A DNA stretch of 64,000 nucleotides from Candidatus Latescibacterota bacterium. Its GTDB lineage: Bacteria; Latescibacterota; UBA2968. A program made the position numbers and the translations under genes. This document shows, piece by piece, positions 19,810 through 29,345 of this stretch. The notes under the pieces were generated by a model, which worked only from the letters and a program-made list of their open reading frames with translations, ran no database searches and was not told where the DNA came from. The stretch covers positions 1,440,001-1,504,000 of the forward strand of contig OZ220741.1 of the NCBI GenBank assembly GCA_965116885.1, read 5' to 3'. The first letter of the stretch is position 1. Every line of letters starts with the position of its first letter.

Positions 19810-22440
19810 CTACTGCAGGGATATTGAATCACCATTGACAGGCGCGTGACTATGCTGACGTGTCTCCTTGAGGAGTGTATTATTCCCCAAAAGATTGGTG
19901 CAGCCCGAAAGGCTATCAATAAATGAAAGCGTCTGTTCTGTACCATTTAGGTTAAGCTCGTGGGTAAGAGATTTTTGATGGGATAAATGCTGCATAATAC
20001 TGTCTGCGACGCTATCAGGCGTCAGGTCAACCGGATCAATTTTCTTTACCAGTCCCAAATCGGACAGCCTACTTGCTCTGATATCTTGATCTTCAGAGAG
20101 TAAACTCGGTACAAGGAGTGCTGGAGTACTGGTTTCCAGAATATTGACACAAGTATTGTAACCCGCCCGGCTGATTACAAGATTGGCTGCCTGCATCCAT
20201 TGAAGAAAATCAGGTGTATATCGCCTTATATAGAACGGGCCCATTTCACACATTCGTTCCAAAGTCTCGTATTGGTCATCATTGATAAACGGGCCAGGAA
20301 ATATGACCATTTTCCAACCATCCATCTTTCCCTGTTTATGCAGCAATTTCCAGGCTTTGATACAAGGCACAATAAGCTCGTAACCGTCAACACCACCACC
20401 TGCGCTAACCATCACAAAGTTCTCTATGTTCTCATCTGGTTTTCTACATATCCCGTCATGCGGCTTTTCAGAGACATATCCAGTATATACAATCGGTATG
20501 ACAATATCTTCTATCCAGGGGAAATATTCTTTTAGTTGGGTCACGCTCGGATCTCCATGAACAAGCAAGGCATCAAAGTAAGCATTTAATGTCGGACAAA
20601 CTTCCTCATAGTATCTTTTAGCTTTATATAGGTCCTGGTCTTGAGGGGTCAGGAGGTCAGGTCTTTCTACATTAATACTCGAATGAGGCTTAAAAATATC
20701 AGCCGTTCTCGCCCGTAGCGGAATATCGCGCAAAGAGCAGATGATATGAATATCCGGAATTTTTGATTTAACCATTCCCAACAGGTATTGTAATTCTGGG
20801 CGTAGCTTCCATCGACCAAAGGGAAAATGTTCAATCATAATTACATCTGGCTGGATGTCTGTAACCGTCTCTGTCAATTTAATTAGCCTTTTCTCGAAAG
20901 TCTCCCGGATACCTTGATCCTCGTCTTCAGAGGCTAATCCCTCCGGCGTAAGTGAAATAGGCATTAATTGGATTAAATTAATGGATCCCTGCATTTTGAA
21001 ATCGGGAATTGGGCGTCCCCCATTCACAAAGTGAACGTCGTAATTTTGGGATAGTTCACGAGCGATTTGAAGGTTGCGAAAGTGATGGCCCATGCCAACG
21101 AGATGCTGGCTATACAGGATGATACGCTTCCTGCGGGATCTTGATAGTGGCTTGGATGCCCGATGTCGTTTTCCCTGGGTCGCGTGCTTGTATATGGGTT
21201 CATAATTTGCCACTACTTGCTGCCAATCTTTGTGTTCCGAAATCCACTGTCGTGCCCGATGCCCAAGTTCCGCTCTAAGTTGTGTATCTTCAATTAAAGC
21301 CGAGCATTTCTGCGCGAGATTCTCTGGATCATCAGCATTACATATACGCCCCGTCGTGCCGTCATCTATAATTTCCCGAAGCGCAGCCACATCGCTGACA
21401 ATGACGGCTTTTCCCATTGCCATGGCTTCATACGGCTTAATAGGGGTCACCAATTCCGTTACGCGGCTTCGTACTCTGGGTATGACAAAAATATCAATCA
21501 AGGCATAATAGTCGAAAACATCTTCGTGTGGTACCTGTCCTGTAAAGTGTACAACCGAGTCTAAACCCAATTCTGTTGCAAGCCGCTGAAGTGGTTCTAC
21601 CTCATCTCCACCACCAACAATGAGAATTTTAATCTGAGGATGACGAGATAGGAGCATTTTTCCTGCTTTGAGAAGCCAACGAAGACCTTCAAGTTTTCTG
21701 ATTGAACCAATATGTCCGATGGTTACGCTATCGGAACCAAGCCCTAATCGCTCTGCCAAATGGGTTGGGTACGGTCTCGGTGTAAATTTCGATGTATCTA
21801 CACCATTGGGAACAATGAAAATTTTGTCTTCAGGAATCCCTTCTCGGATAAACTCCTCTTTCATTGTTTCAGCCAATGTGACGACCTGATCGGCTCGTTT
21901 CATGGCCTCTACAAACAAAAAGTGTCGGTGCTGATATGCTTTTGAAGAAGTATCAAGGGTTCCTGCAACCACGCCCGTTTCATGCCATAATCCGCGCACT
22001 TCATAGATCACAGGTAGGTTGTATTTGTGTCCGACTTTAGCTGATATTAATGCATTCTGGGCAGGAGAAGCAACATGGATCACCTCGGGTTTGTGAACTT
22101 CGACAACACGAGAAATATGATTCTGAAACTGCCGTTGCAATCCCTCACGATGTAATGCAGCAGAATATCGTGTCTGACGAAAACCAAGGTCATGGAAATG
22201 TTGATCAAGCAATGCCTGGGTCATGTCGTTCAAGTACAATACCCCATCCAGATACTCCTCTTCAACAAGAAATTTACTGTCTATAAGATGAGTGTCTTTG
22301 AAGCGGGTTGCTACAATAGGTTCAAGCCCTATTCTACTCTGGGTATCAAAGATATATTTGCTTCTGATTGTGTAACCCGCCTGTCGAGATCGCAGAGAAT
22401 AATCCAAAACATGTAGGACCTTCATAACTAAACCTTTCAT
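19810..22440 (-). CDS. Fused bi-domain glycosyltransferase (GT4 + COG4671/GT28-like)
   Basis: N-domain KVLHVLDYS...AGYTIRS...TPIKPYEAMA; C-domain YSQHLVGMGHHFRN...SAGGG...SRAGYNT...EDQDIRA. Confidence 0.88.
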   Translation of the reverse strand: MKGLVMKVLHVLDYSLRSRQAGYTIRSKYIFDTQSRIGLEPIVATRFKDTHLIDSKFLVEEEYLDGVLYLNDMTQALLDQHFHDLGFRQTRYSAALHREGLQRQFQNHISRVVEVHKPEVIHVASPAQNALISAKVGHKYNLPVIYEVRGLWHETGVVAGTLDTSSKAYQHRHFLFVEAMKRADQVVTLAETMKEEFIREGIPEDKIFIVPNGVDTSKFTPRPYPTHLAERLGLGSDSVTIGHIGSIRKLEGLRWLLKAGKMLLSRHPQIKILIVGGGDEVEPLQRLATELGLDSVVHFTGQVPHEDVFDYYALIDIFVIPRVRSRVTELVTPIKPYEAMAMGKAVIVSDVAALREIIDDGTTGRICNADDPENLAQKCSALIEDTQLRAELGHRARQWISEHKDWQQVVANYEPIYKHATQGKRHRASKPLSRSRRKRIILYSQHLVGMGHHFRNLQIARELSQNYDVHFVNGGRPIPDFKMQGSINLIQLMPISLTPEGLASEDEDQGIRETFEKRLIKLTETVTDIQPDVIMIEHFPFGRWKLRPELQYLLGMVKSKIPDIHIICSLRDIPLRARTADIFKPHSSINVERPDLLTPQDQDLYKAKRYYEEVCPTLNAYFDALLVHGDPSVTQLKEYFPWIEDIVIPIVYTGYVSEKPHDGICRKPDENIENFVMVSAGGGVDGYELIVPCIKAWKLLHKQGKMDGWKMVIFPGPFINDDQYETLERMCEMGPFYIRRYTPDFLQWMQAANLVISRAGYNTCVNILETSTPALLVPSLLSEDQDIRASRLSDLGLVKKIDPVDLTPDSVADSIMQHLSHQKSLTHELNLNGTEQTLSFIDSLSGCTNLLGNNTLLKETRQHSHAPVNGDSISLQ

Positions 22441-22565
22441 AATGAACTCTGAATAAACCGTGAGTGAGGTTTTTTAGGGATGATGTCCCGCTATCATCAC
22501 GATAAGGCCGTCTGCCTTGGTGAAATACAAATTCGGATAGTGCATCGCCTATAGACACCGGAATA

Positions 22566-25500
22566 TTATGGCGCGAAAGGGTGGCGTGGTGTGATTTTAT
22601 CCACAAAACGCCATCGTACCGCATCGGCATACAAGGTCCCCTTTGCGCGGTCAGACAATTCGACTACAGCCTCTACTCCCTCGACAAATTTGTATCGCCC
22701 CAGGTGATTCCAGCCCGCTTTCATAAGATCGCGCTCCATTTCAAGCGTATCGACCTTATCCGCGTGAAAAACAGTAAGTGTAAAGGTCGTACCAATGCCC
22801 TCGCGCCTGGCTATTGCGGGATCGGGAAAATAGAAGCCCACATCAAACTCGCCATCTCTGGGGATTCGCGCGGCCCACACAGCCGGCTGTGCGCCATCGC
22901 CCGGTTTCTTTTGCCGATAATTTTTTGTATACCGCCCATAAGCTGTCGGCAGGCTACGCTCGCGCCAGTTGCCCCCTTCAAGACCGGGACGAGAGTAGCG
23001 CGTCGTTCGCCGAATCGGCATTGAAAATCCCTTGTCGTCATTATCTACAATGATCTCAAAAGGCCCCATATCTGCACGGATTACATCCCCTTCTCCTGTC
23101 ACATCTTTGAGATAGGCCATGGGAGTCCCCCCTGTAACCTGTTCAGGAACGCGCACAGGAGAGATAAGCGGTTGGCGATTGCGTGCAAAAAAGGGTTCGA
23201 CGATCACCCGCAAGGGTTGCTCCCACAGCACCATCGAAACTTCGATTTCCTGACCGCCTTCAATCTCTACGCCCTTTACTGCCTCATCATTTTGACCAAT
23301 GGCCGTGATTTGCACATAGCCCCTGCCGGGTTCGCTATTCTTAATGCGCACAATCAGTTGGTAAACTAGCGTTCCGGAGCCATCGTCTACCTTCAAGGCT
23401 TTTACACTTGTCAATTTATAGCCCGGGATTTCCGTGCTATATATCCAATCTTTAACCAGACGCTGTAATCTCTGGCGATTTTCATCTTCGGTGTAGCCTG
23501 CGGCGGCACGTTCAAAGGTCGAAAAATCGATGTCCTTGTATTTGTAATTCTGGCTAATGTCGGCCAAGAAGGTGCGGAATGTTTCTTCACCCAAAAAGGA
23601 GGCGAACATCCCAAAGAGTGCAGGCCCCTTGGCGTCGAGAGCCTGGCGATAAAGGTCCGCCTCCTGTTCGGGATCTAAATCGGCAAATGACTTGCCCTGC
23701 ATCTCGGCAATCAGCTTGTTCCAAGCTCTCGTTTTTCTTCTGCTTATAAACGCCGCCTCGCGCGCCCTGTCACTGTTGCGTCGTTGGCTTGGGTAAAAAG
23801 CGGCTGTTAGATCGGTTCTCAAGTCATTCTGTAGATACATGGGCAGACCCTTTTTAAGCAGGGCATAATGGTCGCCCACAAACTGCTTGTCATAAGCCCA
23901 GAGTTGAAAAACAGGGCTACGAAACAGTCCATTGGATTTTATTGCCGCGTTTTCTTCAGAAAAAAAAGTTGAAAAAATGGCGCGTATCAAAATATCCTTT
24001 TTAACATTTTTGGGATCTTGATTCGATTGCTTTTGTTTCTTTTGGATAACCACCTGCCGCAAGAGCACATCTTCTTCAATCATCAACACGCCCGGCTGTG
24101 TCAGGCCGCCCTTTTCTTCCCAGCCTTCGTAATACCACTGAATATGGAACGGAACTTCCACCAGTGAAAGGCTCGGATAGGGATATTTCATGCCAGATTC
24201 CTGTTCCATGAGATCCACGATTTGCCCGAGCGCACGCACAATCTCTTTTTTTGCACCTTCAAAAAATTTAATCGGACGCAGATGTGAAGGATGCACGTAA
24301 AGGGCACATTCGATGTCGTGAATGGTGGCGCGATACACGCGATATACACCAGCATTGAGCGATAGGACAGGCACGGGATTTTCAACAACCCATTGGCGGG
24401 TCACTTGTGTGCCGAGGGTATCGGTCTTGCCGATCTGCCCCTGGGTAATGACTTCGAGACCTTTGGGAAATGTGATATGCAAGTTGGCCGTTGAAAAAGA
24501 GACCGGGCGCGCATTTTTATAGCCATAATCAACGCCCGTGACGGGATACCAGCGGCTTCGCGGCGGCAAAAAGATGGACTTGTCGCGAATCCACGCCGTC
24601 AAAGAGCCACTGTACCCCTTATCTTTCCGCAACCTCGGTTTGCCTTTTTCTCGCTTGAGATCAAAACCATCCGTGTTAATATCACCCGCATATGCTAACG
24701 TCAGATCGAGTTTTTGTTCCGATTGCAGGGGGGTAGTGGGCACGACACTAATCACGCTTTCCGTCCGCTCCCATGCTATTGCTCTGCCATCAGCGTGCGT
24801 CAGACTTTGGATTTTGAATCCGGGATTGAGTGAAAGAATCAACGTATCGAGCGGGGATTCGTGAGGATTTCTCAAGCTAATCGTGCCAGAGGTTGTAAGT
24901 AGCTCCTCTCCCAAAAGCGTCAATGCCAGATCGTAATGGGTGATTTCCGCTACGGAAATATGTGCAATCGCTTCCTGCTGCGCGAGCAAGGACTGGCGAT
25001 ACGCTTGCCTATTTCGAGCTTCCGCATCCACATAAAAGTAAAGACCAGCAGCCAATCCAAAACCGGTCAACGCACATCCCCAGCCAAACCACCGCGCAGT
25101 CGCAGAATGTGCAAGACGGGGATATCGATCAATCGCAAATCCCAAAAAACTTATGCCGAGCAAAATGTAAAACACGCGTTGCAAACCCACTTGCGTCATA
25201 TTCCCTATGCCCATCAGGTCCGAATAATCCATGTGGGTCGCAAGAGAAATGAAATCGAAGAGGTCGGGATATTGTTTGCCCAGATATAATATCACAGCGA
25301 GCGAATACGCTGTTGCGACCAAGGCAGCCGCTATTGGACGACGCAGCAAGACGCCTAAAAAAAATGTCAGAGAAGACATAAAAACCAAGGCGGGTAGGTT
25401 CAAGAGCACGAGGTATAAAATATAAGGTTTGACTGTCAGTGGATTGCCCGTCATGCTGATCGTTGCTGCCTGAAGGCCCAGAGTCAAAAACAGGATCCCA

Positions 25501-25856
25501 AGGCTAAAAAAGAAAAGCGCGCTAACCGTGCCCAGATACTTACCCGCAACCAGTTCTGCCGTTGAAATAGGACGCCCGGCAACTACTTCATAAATGTGGG
25601 CATTTTCGTCAGCCGCTCTAAAAGACCCCGCCATAAATGGAATGACAAGGGTTTGAAATAAAGTGTATATAAGAAAAAGAAAGTAAGATTCTTTTCCCGG
25701 AGGCATTCCAAATTCAGTATCTATGGCAAGACGAATGCCGTAATAAACGAAAATGCCCAAGGGGAAGATGCCCAAAATGCGAAATTTTGTAGTTCTCAAA
25801 AGCATTTTGCGCTCATAGCGTGCAACACCAAGTATATTGTTGAGAATAGAGAACAT
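22566..25856 (-). CDS. ABC-2 permease fused to M1-aminopeptidase-like domain and golvesin-like C-terminal domain
   Basis: N-terminal TM helices (VAGKYLG); M1-like WYP and YPYPSLSLVEVP but no HEXXH; C-terminal IIVDNDD...ADAVRW. RBS AGGAG before ATG 25856. Confidence 0.8.
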   Translation of the reverse strand: MFSILNNILGVARYERKMLLRTTKFRILGIFPLGIFVYYGIRLAIDTEFGMPPGKESYFLFLIYTLFQTLVIPFMAGSFRAADENAHIYEVVAGRPISTAELVAGKYLGTVSALFFFSLGILFLTLGLQAATISMTGNPLTVKPYILYLVLLNLPALVFMSSLTFFLGVLLRRPIAAALVATAYSLAVILYLGKQYPDLFDFISLATHMDYSDLMGIGNMTQVGLQRVFYILLGISFLGFAIDRYPRLAHSATARWFGWGCALTGFGLAAGLYFYVDAEARNRQAYRQSLLAQQEAIAHISVAEITHYDLALTLLGEELLTTSGTISLRNPHESPLDTLILSLNPGFKIQSLTHADGRAIAWERTESVISVVPTTPLQSEQKLDLTLAYAGDINTDGFDLKREKGKPRLRKDKGYSGSLTAWIRDKSIFLPPRSRWYPVTGVDYGYKNARPVSFSTANLHITFPKGLEVITQGQIGKTDTLGTQVTRQWVVENPVPVLSLNAGVYRVYRATIHDIECALYVHPSHLRPIKFFEGAKKEIVRALGQIVDLMEQESGMKYPYPSLSLVEVPFHIQWYYEGWEEKGGLTQPGVLMIEEDVLLRQVVIQKKQKQSNQDPKNVKKDILIRAIFSTFFSEENAAIKSNGLFRSPVFQLWAYDKQFVGDHYALLKKGLPMYLQNDLRTDLTAAFYPSQRRNSDRAREAAFISRRKTRAWNKLIAEMQGKSFADLDPEQEADLYRQALDAKGPALFGMFASFLGEETFRTFLADISQNYKYKDIDFSTFERAAAGYTEDENRQRLQRLVKDWIYSTEIPGYKLTSVKALKVDDGSGTLVYQLIVRIKNSEPGRGYVQITAIGQNDEAVKGVEIEGGQEIEVSMVLWEQPLRVIVEPFFARNRQPLISPVRVPEQVTGGTPMAYLKDVTGEGDVIRADMGPFEIIVDNDDKGFSMPIRRTTRYSRPGLEGGNWRERSLPTAYGRYTKNYRQKKPGDGAQPAVWAARIPRDGEFDVGFYFPDPAIARREGIGTTFTLTVFHADKVDTLEMERDLMKAGWNHLGRYKFVEGVEAVVELSDRAKGTLYADAVRWRFVDKITPRHPFAP

Positions 25857-25933
25857 GGGATTACTCCTGTTTAAGCGATCAGCTTTCAGCCTCTCCCTCC
25901 ACATCTAAAGGCGAGAAGCGAGCCTTGTTTTCT

Positions 25934-26833
25934 TCATCCCGCGATTTCATCAGCGGTGTTGCTGCCCATAAAATAGAGATATGCATCTTCGAGATTGGGT
26001 GCGACCACTTTGGCATCAGCGGGTGGCTCGCCATCGCCCACCATCCGAACACTCAGGCGATCACCTTCAACATTGACCGTCACCACATGAAACACACGCG
26101 ACAGCTTTTCAAAGTGAGGCTCATCAACACGTATTTGCCACGTCTTGCCATCGGCCTTTGAAATGAGGTCTGATGGAGAGCCGCGAAAGATCAGTTGTCC
26201 ACGATTCAAAATCGCGAGATACTTGCAAGTGCTCGAAATATCACCCACAATATGCGTAGAGATCAAAATTACACGATCGCTGCTCAAGCGACCTAAAATG
26301 CCTCGAAACCGGATGCGTTCTTCCGGGTCAAGCCCCACAGTCGGTTCATCGACAATCAGAAAACCTGGATCGGTCAAAATGGCCTGTGCAATGCCAAGAC
26401 GCCGTATCATGCCACCGGAAAACGTACCCGTGCGCCGCTTGCGTGCATCGTACAACCGGACTTCATTCAATGCTTGTTCAACACGCGCCAAACGCTCGCT
26501 CTTATTGTGGATGCCACCCAAAACAGCCATATAATCAAGAAATTCCCAGGCGGTTAGTTGTCGATAGGTGCCAAAATTTTGTGGCAAATATCCAAGGCGT
26601 CGGCGAATTTCTGTGCGGTCTTTTACCAGATCGAACTCATCCATGGTCACGCTGCCACTCGATGAGTCCATTTGGGTCGATAAAATTTTAATCAGTGTTG
26701 TTTTGCCCGCGCCATTGGGTCCCAGTAGGCCAAATGTTCCGTGAGGAATGCTCAAGGTGATATCGTCCAGGGCAGGCGCATCGCCGCGCCGATATGTTTT
26801 TGTCAGGTTTGAGATGCGAATGACCATCAGCAT
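25934..26833 (-). CDS. ABC transporter ATP-binding protein
   Basis: GPNGAGKT, FSGGM, IVDEPT, STH. Confidence 0.96.
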   Translation of the reverse strand: MLMVIRISNLTKTYRRGDAPALDDITLSIPHGTFGLLGPNGAGKTTLIKILSTQMDSSSGSVTMDEFDLVKDRTEIRRRLGYLPQNFGTYRQLTAWEFLDYMAVLGGIHNKSERLARVEQALNEVRLYDARKRRTGTFSGGMIRRLGIAQAILTDPGFLIVDEPTVGLDPEERIRFRGILGRLSSDRVILISTHIVGDISSTCKYLAILNRGQLIFRGSPSDLISKADGKTWQIRVDEPHFEKLSRVFHVVTVNVEGDRLSVRMVGDGEPPADAKVVAPNLEDAYLYFMGSNTADEIAG

Positions 26834-26872
26834 GCCTCCTGAATATTTTACGCGATCAAAAAAGTATAAGAA

Positions 26873-26921
26873 TGGTCAAGACCACCTATCTTTTGACAAA
26901 CAATATAAGTGGTCTTGACCA
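26873..26921. promoter_or_regulatory. Stem-loop downstream of the precursor gene
   Basis: Perfect 13-bp inverted repeat TGGTCAAGACCAC / GTGGTCTTGACCA with a 23-nt loop. Confidence 0.7.
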
Positions 26922-27013
26922 GCAAACTAAGCAAAGACCTCTAACAATAACTTCTACGGCTTGCTCCTACAGTCCTCAATACCACAATATTATTACTGCC
27001 GTAGAGCTCGCTA

Positions 27014-27250
27014 TTAGCTGTCGATCGTGCAGTCGTGTTCTCCACAAGAGCCTCCGCCGATGTCTTTTCCACAGTCATGCCACAGACAAAAGCCATCATC
27101 ATCATCCGTGGTGCAGTCATGAGTGATGCACCACATTTCCAACCTTTCTTCAAGCGCATCAACGACCAGATCCTCATAGAGTTCAGGATACGACGCGATG
27201 TGTGCTTTGAGTTCAATCTCTGAAGAGATGTGAGCAGACAAATTAGCCAT
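27014..27250 (-). CDS. Putative RiPP precursor peptide (78 aa) with 3x CxxHDCxxD core
   Basis: AGGAGG RBS; Cys-free acidic leader ending LEERLEM; core WCITHDCTTD-DDDGF-CLWHDCGKD-IGGGS-CGEHDCTIDS; adjacent to the rSAM/SPASM gene. Confidence 0.85.
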   Translation of the reverse strand: MANLSAHISSEIELKAHIASYPELYEDLVVDALEERLEMWCITHDCTTDDDDGFCLWHDCGKDIGGGSCGEHDCTIDS

Positions 27251-27345
27251 GATACTACCCTCCTGGTGTTGAAACGTGAACAGATAACATCGGCGTTTCT
27301 ACTACTTATCACACATAATGCCTCCTTTCTCGAGCGTTATACTTA

Positions 27346-29052
27346 CTATAAAGTTTGTTGTTTGTACTCCTCAAATACCTCAGGCACGACCGTATGGAAA
27401 ACCTTGGGATACTCATCGCAATAGGACGTTTTGATATTGCCATCATTTTTTACATAAGCATGTGCAGCACATCCACCGCCACAAAAGAATGCATATTTGC
27501 ACTTACTGCAAGATGGCACATTAGAAATATTCCGATCATACCATTCTGATAAATGTTCATCATTGAATTCAACTTTATCCAAATAATTTCCAACTTTGTA
27601 CCGGTCTACACCCACCAATTCCCAACACGTATAGAGGTCTCCATAAGGATCAAGGATCAACATACCGTTCTGTGCGCCACAGAAGATGGGCCTAAAACTT
27701 AATAGCCCTTTACCATCAAGAGCTCGCTTGAAGGTCTGTCTAATGCCAGCATCTTGGCAAGAAATTTGGTGCATTAAGTCGGGATTTTCTTTTACAAACT
27801 GATAGTATTTGCGAGTAAACTCTCTTCTTGGCATCACCGAAACTTCTCCATTTTCAGAACGTACGGATTCCATTTCAAGCACAATGGGGCTTGTGCCTTT
27901 GCGGTAGTTCGAAAAAATTTCTTCCTCTCGTTCCACATCGATATATTGCTCTTCATCTATGTACACTCCAGGATCAAAAATTTCCTGTTCCTGGGGCTCA
28001 TTGTCCTTGAAAGATATGACAGAGGCAACAGACTCGGAGGGTTCAGAATCTGATGTTGGTGCTTCAATTGAAATAAGAGGTGCCGTCTGACCATAATTGC
28101 CTGGCGTCTTTTTACCAGACATTGTAGCACTACACGACATGCCTTCTTCAATCTGATGTACCAAGGCAGAATAGGCCGAAAATTTCGGATACTCTGTAAA
28201 TCCTCTATCTTTGAACAAATCAAATAATGCAGGTAAAATATCCACATTGTCGTAATCTGTATTGATTCGCATTGAAACTTGCACATCAAGCGACAGAGCA
28301 AGTGCCACATTTTTCATGATCGCACCAAAACTATCTCCTGCACGATAATGTGGACGCTTGCGATTGTGATTTTCTTCTTCGCCATCTAAGGTAATCTGGA
28401 GGCGTCTGATTTTTTGGGGACCTAATAAATCCGTGAAATGATGAAGGTCATAGCCATTTGTAATCGCAGAAAAGATGTAATCGCGTTTCAAACCTTCATC
28501 TACAATATACCGCACGATCGCTTTATTTTTTGCTAACAAAGGTTCTCCCCCATACAGAGTAATGTTCTTGCTATGCATGGCTCTGTTGGGTTGAATTTCG
28601 CACATGGCCTGGTATGCCCGGTCAACCATCTCCTTTGTAAAGACTTGCTTTGACCAGCCCTTGCCATGAGATGAAATGTCATTTTCAAAACAATAAGGAC
28701 AGCGGAAGTTGCAATCGTAGGCCACCAAGAATAAGAAAGATGCAGAGCTTTGGCTTGAGTTGTGGTGGAGAAAATTCGCCATGCTATGCACGTATTCTCG
28801 TTCTTCCACAGGAGAACGACTGGTCAGATAGCCACGCTTCATTAAGGTTTGGATCGTTTCTTTTGAACAAGGCAGTTCATCAAACATATCTTCCGAGAGA
28901 ACAACCTTGCTTTTGATCATCTGAGCGACTTTTTTATTTACTCTATCTATTGCGCCTGTATAGCCATGAACGAGCAAAGTGTAATCTGGATCTTCAGGCA
29001 GCTTGACACAAATCGTATAGGACGATACGCGATATAATTCTGAATTTGCCAT
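27346..29052 (-). CDS. Radical SAM/SPASM peptide maturase with N-terminal RRE-like region
   Basis: CNFRCPYC, YGGEPLL, ITNG, ITLDG; SPASM C..G...C...CxxCxxxxxCxGGC...C; about 100-aa N-terminal extension. Confidence 0.93.
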   Translation of the reverse strand: MANSELYRVSSYTICVKLPEDPDYTLLVHGYTGAIDRVNKKVAQMIKSKVVLSEDMFDELPCSKETIQTLMKRGYLTSRSPVEEREYVHSMANFLHHNSSQSSASFLFLVAYDCNFRCPYCFENDISSHGKGWSKQVFTKEMVDRAYQAMCEIQPNRAMHSKNITLYGGEPLLAKNKAIVRYIVDEGLKRDYIFSAITNGYDLHHFTDLLGPQKIRRLQITLDGEEENHNRKRPHYRAGDSFGAIMKNVALALSLDVQVSMRINTDYDNVDILPALFDLFKDRGFTEYPKFSAYSALVHQIEEGMSCSATMSGKKTPGNYGQTAPLISIEAPTSDSEPSESVASVISFKDNEPQEQEIFDPGVYIDEEQYIDVEREEEIFSNYRKGTSPIVLEMESVRSENGEVSVMPRREFTRKYYQFVKENPDLMHQISCQDAGIRQTFKRALDGKGLLSFRPIFCGAQNGMLILDPYGDLYTCWELVGVDRYKVGNYLDKVEFNDEHLSEWYDRNISNVPSCSKCKYAFFCGGGCAAHAYVKNDGNIKTSYCDEYPKVFHTVVPEVFEEYKQQTL

Positions 29053-29105
29053 AAGAAAACCTCCCTTGGATTGCGTGGGTATTATATTTTTTTATCCATA
29101 TACGC

Positions 29106-29294
29106 TTATTTTGCGAAATAGAGACATATTTCACCAGCCAATAACGATTGTTGTTCTATCTCTCTATTTTGCTGGCTCATTCTACGCATCATCGCGCGCA
29201 AGGCTTCAGATCGAACTTCATCGTTCCAGATAGCATAGAGTAAGGCGAGATGAGCCAAATGATCGCGTTTTGTTATCTGTGTCTGAGCATTCAT
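29106..29294 (-). CDS. Small protein (62 aa), first ORF of the sigma-54 operon
   Basis: GAGGTG RBS; paralog at 10216..10383. Confidence 0.7.
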   Translation of the reverse strand: MNAQTQITKRDHLAHLALLYAIWNDEVRSEALRAMMRRMSQQNREIEQQSLLAGEICLYFAK

Positions 29295-29345
29295 AAGTCA
29301 CCTCAGTAAATTCTGATGTCGTTATTGTCTTTGCACGTTATATAT

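Noticed and set aside
13597..22440. Ordinary O-antigen/EPS/ECA locus
   Set aside because: No wzx/wzy/wzz or priming transferase, and the GT genes are interleaved with an RRE-protease and a prenyltransferase-like gene. Not fully excluded.
26941..27312. 123-aa ORF overlapping the precursor
   Set aside because: Alternative frame with no recognisable motif; the 78-aa frame has its own RBS and a periodic Cys motif.
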